Source: an uncultured bacterium
GTDB taxonomy: Bacteria; Zixibacteria; MSB-5A5; GN15; FEB-12
Direction of reading: 5' to 3'
DNA: 64,000 bases
Assembly: GCA_965372795.1 (NCBI GenBank)
Contig: CBDVDR010000005.1
Coordinates: 32,001-96,000 of the forward strand
Positions 60,228-64,000 of this stretch are shown here, piece after piece. The stretch's first letter is position 1. The number at the start of each line of letters is the position of its first letter. The translations under genes and the position numbers were made by a program. The notes under the pieces are model-generated. The model saw only the letters and a program-made list of their open reading frames with translations. It had not been told where the DNA came from and did no database searches.

Positions 60228-60243
60228 TGGCACAGCCTATGCT
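60228..60243 (+). promoter_or_regulatory. Putative sigma-54 promoter
   Basis: TGGCAC-AGCCT-ATGCT with correct -24 GG / -12 GC spacing, about 40 nt upstream of the 60282 gene. Confidence 0.55.
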
Positions 60244-60281
60244 CAAAGGGATATTAGATTGAAGAATAAAATCAAGGAGAG

Positions 60282-60905
60282 TTGATGATCGCAACAAATT
60301 TACAGCCAGGGTTTTCAAACGAAGTATTGGCAACCATGAATGATCCCCGAATTCGCAAGGATGAAGCGGGGTATTTTATTATGTCTTTATCAGAAAATAG
60401 TAAGGTCTATTTCGATGATTATTACAAATTTCTCGATCTGGCTTTCAATCGGGCAAAGACGGAACGTGAATATTTAAACGACAAAATTGCTTCTACAGCA
60501 TCGGATAACCTCGAAATACTGGCATATTACCGAGCTCGTGGGGTAATTGTAGATTTATTAATGAGAACTATTAAACGATTTTATGCTGATGCCACCAATT
60601 TTGGGATTGTAATGACCCCTTGGTGTTTTGGAACCGTTGTTTTAGAGAAGATAGAGGTTTACCGGGACCGAATCAGCAGAGGCGATGTTCAAGACCCTAA
60701 TGTTGTTGATTATCCTTATTATGTAGTAAAATATATAGATGAAATATATAAAATCACTCTCTTAGAGATGTTTGATTTTCCTGAAAATGCATTTCAGATG
60801 CGCTGGCAGTATTCAGAGCTTCTGAAAAAATATTCAAAAATTCTCACTAATATAACCGGATCTTTGAATTCGGTACTTTCCATGATAAAAAATTATGAAA
60901 AGTAA
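60282..60905 (+). CDS. Hypothetical protein (helical, aromatic-rich)
   Basis: SD AAGGAG, 207-aa ORF, own terminator. Confidence 0.7.
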   Translation: MMIATNLQPGFSNEVLATMNDPRIRKDEAGYFIMSLSENSKVYFDDYYKFLDLAFNRAKTEREYLNDKIASTASDNLEILAYYRARGVIVDLLMRTIKRFYADATNFGIVMTPWCFGTVVLEKIEVYRDRISRGDVQDPNVVDYPYYVVKYIDEIYKITLLEMFDFPENAFQMRWQYSELLKKYSKILTNITGSLNSVLSMIKNYEK

Positions 60906-60928
60906 CTTTCGATTGCTCTAAGCCCTCC

Positions 60929-60960
60929 AACCCCTGTCAATTGGCAGGGGTTATTTTTTT
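60929..60960 (+). terminator. Rho-independent terminator
   Basis: AACCCCTGTCAA-TTGGCAGGGGTT followed by ATTTTTTT. Confidence 0.8.
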
Positions 60961-61054
60961 AACTATTTTCAAATAATTACCGATAATATTCACTAAATAA
61001 CCGGGTTTATAGAAATACGGCGTTTGAACTATTAATAAATTTTAATGCAAATTT

Positions 61055-62032
61055 ATGACTTCTACAGCAATAAAAAAAAGAACTGAAGAAAAATATATAG
61101 CAATATTGTTAGATTCTATCAGGGTCGATTCGATCCTTGATTTTGATCTTTACATAAGTATTGATAACAATCTGGTTTTATATCGATCTGCTGATTTACC
61201 CTTTACTGAAAAAACCCGTTTAAAACTTATGGAGAATAAAGTTGAACGACTTTATATAGAAACGGTAAACAAAAAGAAATATCAGCTCTATATTGAAAAG
61301 AATCTAAATATAATCTTACATGATCCCACAATTCAGGAAGTAAAAAAAGCCGGGATTCTTTATGACACCTCAACCGCTCTAGTAAAAGATATTTTAGAAA
61401 AACCGACCAACAGCGAAAATATTGATCGTTCCAAAGAATTAGTTGGCAATACCGTAGGCTATATCCTTCAAGGAAGAGAAGCCTTTTTAAACCTATTAAC
61501 GATTACTTCTTTTGATTATTACACCTATACTCATTCGGTCAATGTCTGTACTTTTTCAATTGCCCTGGCTCAACAACTGGGTTTTACAGATGATCAATTC
61601 TTACACGAATTAGGAGTCGGAGCGCTTCTTCATGATGTGGGTAAATCAAAAGTCTCCGAACGAATTTTGAATAAACGCACTTCATTGAATCAAATAGAAT
61701 TTGAAATAATGAAAAAGCATCCCAAGTGGGGTATCGACATTCTAACTGAAACCGATATGATTGCTGCCTCATCCTACTATCCAGTACTTCAGCATCATGA
61801 ACGGGGTGACCGTACCGGTTATCCAAGCGGACTAAAACTTGATGAGATGCATATCTATTCAAAGATAGTTGCTGTCTGCGATACATTTGATGCGATGACC
61901 TCGGAGCGGGTTTATCAAAAAGCAATGGACTCTTACCCAGCTCTTAAAGTAATGATGACTCAAAGCTCCTGCTTTGATGATAAAATCCTTCAAGCTTTTA
62001 TTGCTCTAATGGGACCGGGCGGTCTGAAATAG
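61055..62032 (+). CDS. HD-GYP domain cyclic-dinucleotide phosphodiesterase
   Basis: YTYTHSVNV, LLHDVGK, KHP..G, QHHERGDRTGYP, CDTFDAMTSER. Confidence 0.93.
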   Translation: MTSTAIKKRTEEKYIAILLDSIRVDSILDFDLYISIDNNLVLYRSADLPFTEKTRLKLMENKVERLYIETVNKKKYQLYIEKNLNIILHDPTIQEVKKAGILYDTSTALVKDILEKPTNSENIDRSKELVGNTVGYILQGREAFLNLLTITSFDYYTYTHSVNVCTFSIALAQQLGFTDDQFLHELGVGALLHDVGKSKVSERILNKRTSLNQIEFEIMKKHPKWGIDILTETDMIAASSYYPVLQHHERGDRTGYPSGLKLDEMHIYSKIVAVCDTFDAMTSERVYQKAMDSYPALKVMMTQSSCFDDKILQAFIALMGPGGLK

Positions 62033-62132
62033 ACAAACAAATATTTCTTATACTTTATCTTTCTTTTTCTCTAAATTTATCATAATAATAGATAAATATT
62101 AATCTTATATTTAAAAAATAATGGAGTATTAT

Positions 62133-62519
62133 ATGAAAACCGTTATAAACACCGATAAAGCCCCATCTGCAATAGGTCCGTATTCCCAGGCAATCAAAGT
62201 AAAACCAAACGAAATGATGTTTATCTCAGGACAGATCCCACTTGATCCTGAAACAATGGAGATTGTTGGTAATTCTGCCTCGCAACAATGTAAACAGGTG
62301 ATGGATAATTTATCGCAGATCCTCAAAGCGGGTGGTGCCGAGTTTTCAAATATTGTAAAAACAACTATCTACTTAAGTAATATGAATGATTTTGGACCTG
62401 TAAACGAAATGTACGCAACTTACTTTGATTCCAATCCACCTGCCCGTGCAACGGTTGAAGTTAGCAGACTTCCAAAAGATGTCAAAGTAGAGATTGATGC
62501 TATTGTAGTTTTTAAATAG
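62133..62519 (+). CDS. ridA: RidA/YjgF family enamine deaminase
   Basis: APSAIGPYSQA, SGQIP, PARATVEV..LPK...VEID. Confidence 0.95.
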   Translation: MKTVINTDKAPSAIGPYSQAIKVKPNEMMFISGQIPLDPETMEIVGNSASQQCKQVMDNLSQILKAGGAEFSNIVKTTIYLSNMNDFGPVNEMYATYFDSNPPARATVEVSRLPKDVKVEIDAIVVFK

Positions 62520-62636
62520 TTTTTTAAGTTATACTATATTCCATTATTTTGTTGCAATGACATAGCTTTGAATTTATTATAAAAAACATAGATAAATCAA
62601 ATATATTATATCTTATATTTATTAATTGGAGGAACA

Positions 62637-63089
62637 ATGAGCAAACAAAAACCCAATCGACGAGGGTTTTTGGAAATTATCCTTGGGGGTGGCGCTTTAG
62701 CTACTCTTGGAGCTATATTTTACCCAATCGGAAAATACCTCGTTCCACCCAAAACTGCTGAAGCAAATTTATCTCAATTGAAATTGGATTTCACCAGAGA
62801 TGATATTAATGCAGATGAGAAAAAAGCCAAGTACTTTAAGTATGGCAGAGATCTCGGGATAATTTTCTTAACTGGTTCAAATGAATTAAAAGCACTGGCT
62901 GCAACCTGCACCCATCTCGATTGCACGGTCCAACATCGTCCGGATCTCGGAATCATTTGGTGTTCATGTCATAATGGAAGGTATAGCAATGATGGTTTAA
63001 ATGTTTCCGGTCCACCTCCAAAACCGCTTGCCAAATATGTTGTAAAAGAGGAAAATAATGAAATATTCGTCAGCAAGGAGGATAGCTGA
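62637..63089 (+). CDS. Rieske iron-sulfur protein of a cytochrome bc complex
   Basis: Tat motif NRRGFL, CTHLDC and CSCH boxes, GPPPKPL. Confidence 0.93.
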   Translation: MSKQKPNRRGFLEIILGGGALATLGAIFYPIGKYLVPPKTAEANLSQLKLDFTRDDINADEKKAKYFKYGRDLGIIFLTGSNELKALAATCTHLDCTVQHRPDLGIIWCSCHNGRYSNDGLNVSGPPPKPLAKYVVKEENNEIFVSKEDS

Positions 63090-64000
63090 TGGATAATCAA
63101 AAGAAATTATTACCGGACTCAAAGTCTTTTAAGTGGCTTGATGATCGTTTTAAAATAAACGCCTTAGTTGAATATATGGGAGACAAAGTTGTTCCCGTAC
63201 ATGGTCACTCGGCTTTTTACTATTTTGGCGGCATCTCTCTATTTTTATTTATTGTACAAGTCATCTCGGGAATTTTACTACTGATGTATTACCGTCCCGG
63301 AGCTGATTCGGCTTACGAATCGGTCCAGTTTTTAATTACAAATGTATCATTTGGCTGGTTGATACGGGCAGTGCACGCATGGTCGGCAAACCTGATGGTA
63401 CTGGCGGTATTTATACATATGTTTTCGGTATATTTTACTTCGGCATATCGAAAACCACGCGAAATGACCTGGTTGTCCGGAATGGTCTTATTTGCTCTTT
63501 CGTTAGCCTTTGGCTTTTCAGGATATCTACTTCCCTGGAACGAACTTGCGTTTTTTGCAACCAGAGTCGGAACCGGAATGGTAGGAGCAGTTCCTATTAT
63601 AGGAGAACAACTACTAATTGTCGCCCGTGGTGGAGAAGAAGTTACCGGTGCTACAATTGGAAGATTTTTTGGGCTTCATGTTGCTATTTTACCGGGGATT
63701 TTTACAGTTATGCTTTCTGCTCATTTGGTATTCATTCAACGACAAGGCATGAGTGAACCTCTTGAATGGGCCAACAAACCTCAGGAACAGAAAAAATACC
63801 AGAAATTTTTCCCTAACTTTCTATTGAAAGATCTTCTGGTTTGGTTAATAGTTCTTAATGTATTAGTTATTTTAGCGGTTTTATTCCCTGATGGCATTGG
63901 TGTAATTCACTGGCCTCTGGGTGAAAAGGCAGATGCATTTGCTCCTCCTCCGGCAGTTATTCGACCGGAATGGTATTTCATGTTTGCATTTCAGGCTTTG
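63089..64000 (+). CDS. Cytochrome b (b6 N-terminal part fused to subunit-IV-like part), truncated by window end
   Basis: Not in the ORF track because there is no stop. Manual translation from ATG 63089 (TGATG overlap): ..[65 protein letters not shown]. Confidence 0.95.
   Translation, partial: MDNQKKLLPDSKSFKWLDDRFKINALVEYMGDKVVPVHGHSAFYYFGGISLFLFIVQVISGILLLMYYRPGADSAYESVQFLITNVSFGWLIRAVHAWSANLMVLAVFIHMFSVYFTSAYRKPREMTWLSGMVLFALSLAFGFSGYLLPWNELAFFATRVGTGMVGAVPIIGEQLLIVARGGEEVTGATIGRFFGLHVAILPGIFTVMLSAHLVFIQRQGMSEPLEWANKPQEQKKYQKFFPNFLLKDLLVWLIVLNVLVILAVLFPDGIGVIHWPLGEKADAFAPPPAVIRPEWYFMFAFQAL

Noticed and set aside
63379..63756. 125-aa plus-strand ORF in the track
   Set aside because: Out-of-frame overlap within the cytochrome b gene that starts at 63089

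Overview
AT-rich bacterial chromosome segment, mostly housekeeping. Gene content suggests a diderm of the FCB/Zixibacteria type, which is an inference. It carries glyQS-recO-ftsB-like, a cheY/cheX/MshEN-PATAN signalling cluster, an ECF sigma/anti-sigma pair, uvrD/pcrA, rpmA, lolCE-lolD-mcsA-mcsB-clpC, a nine-gene heme operon (hemA-C-D-B-L-E-N-H-Y), mscS, tRNA-Leu(TAG)-tig-clpP-clpX, rtcB, tsaD, a large PAS/GAF hybrid kinase, SET, MFS, HD-GYP and ridA genes, and a Rieske/cytochrome b pair cut by the window end. The most striking element is a three-gene minus-strand cassette at 44578-47749. It encodes a small single-TM protein, a STAND-type NTPase that ends just after its GxP motif, and a separately encoded winged-helix plus TPR protein with highly similar 120-nt repeats. 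The TM protein ends in two 21-residue-period, charge-complementary beta pseudo-repeats, and one near-copy of that repeat sits inside the NTPase (9/15 identities). This resembles the HET-s/NWD2 and BASS amyloid-signalling logic, but with a split NLR and an internal motif. It is a candidate undescribed immune or cell-death system. All product calls come from motif recognition by eye; no database searches were run.
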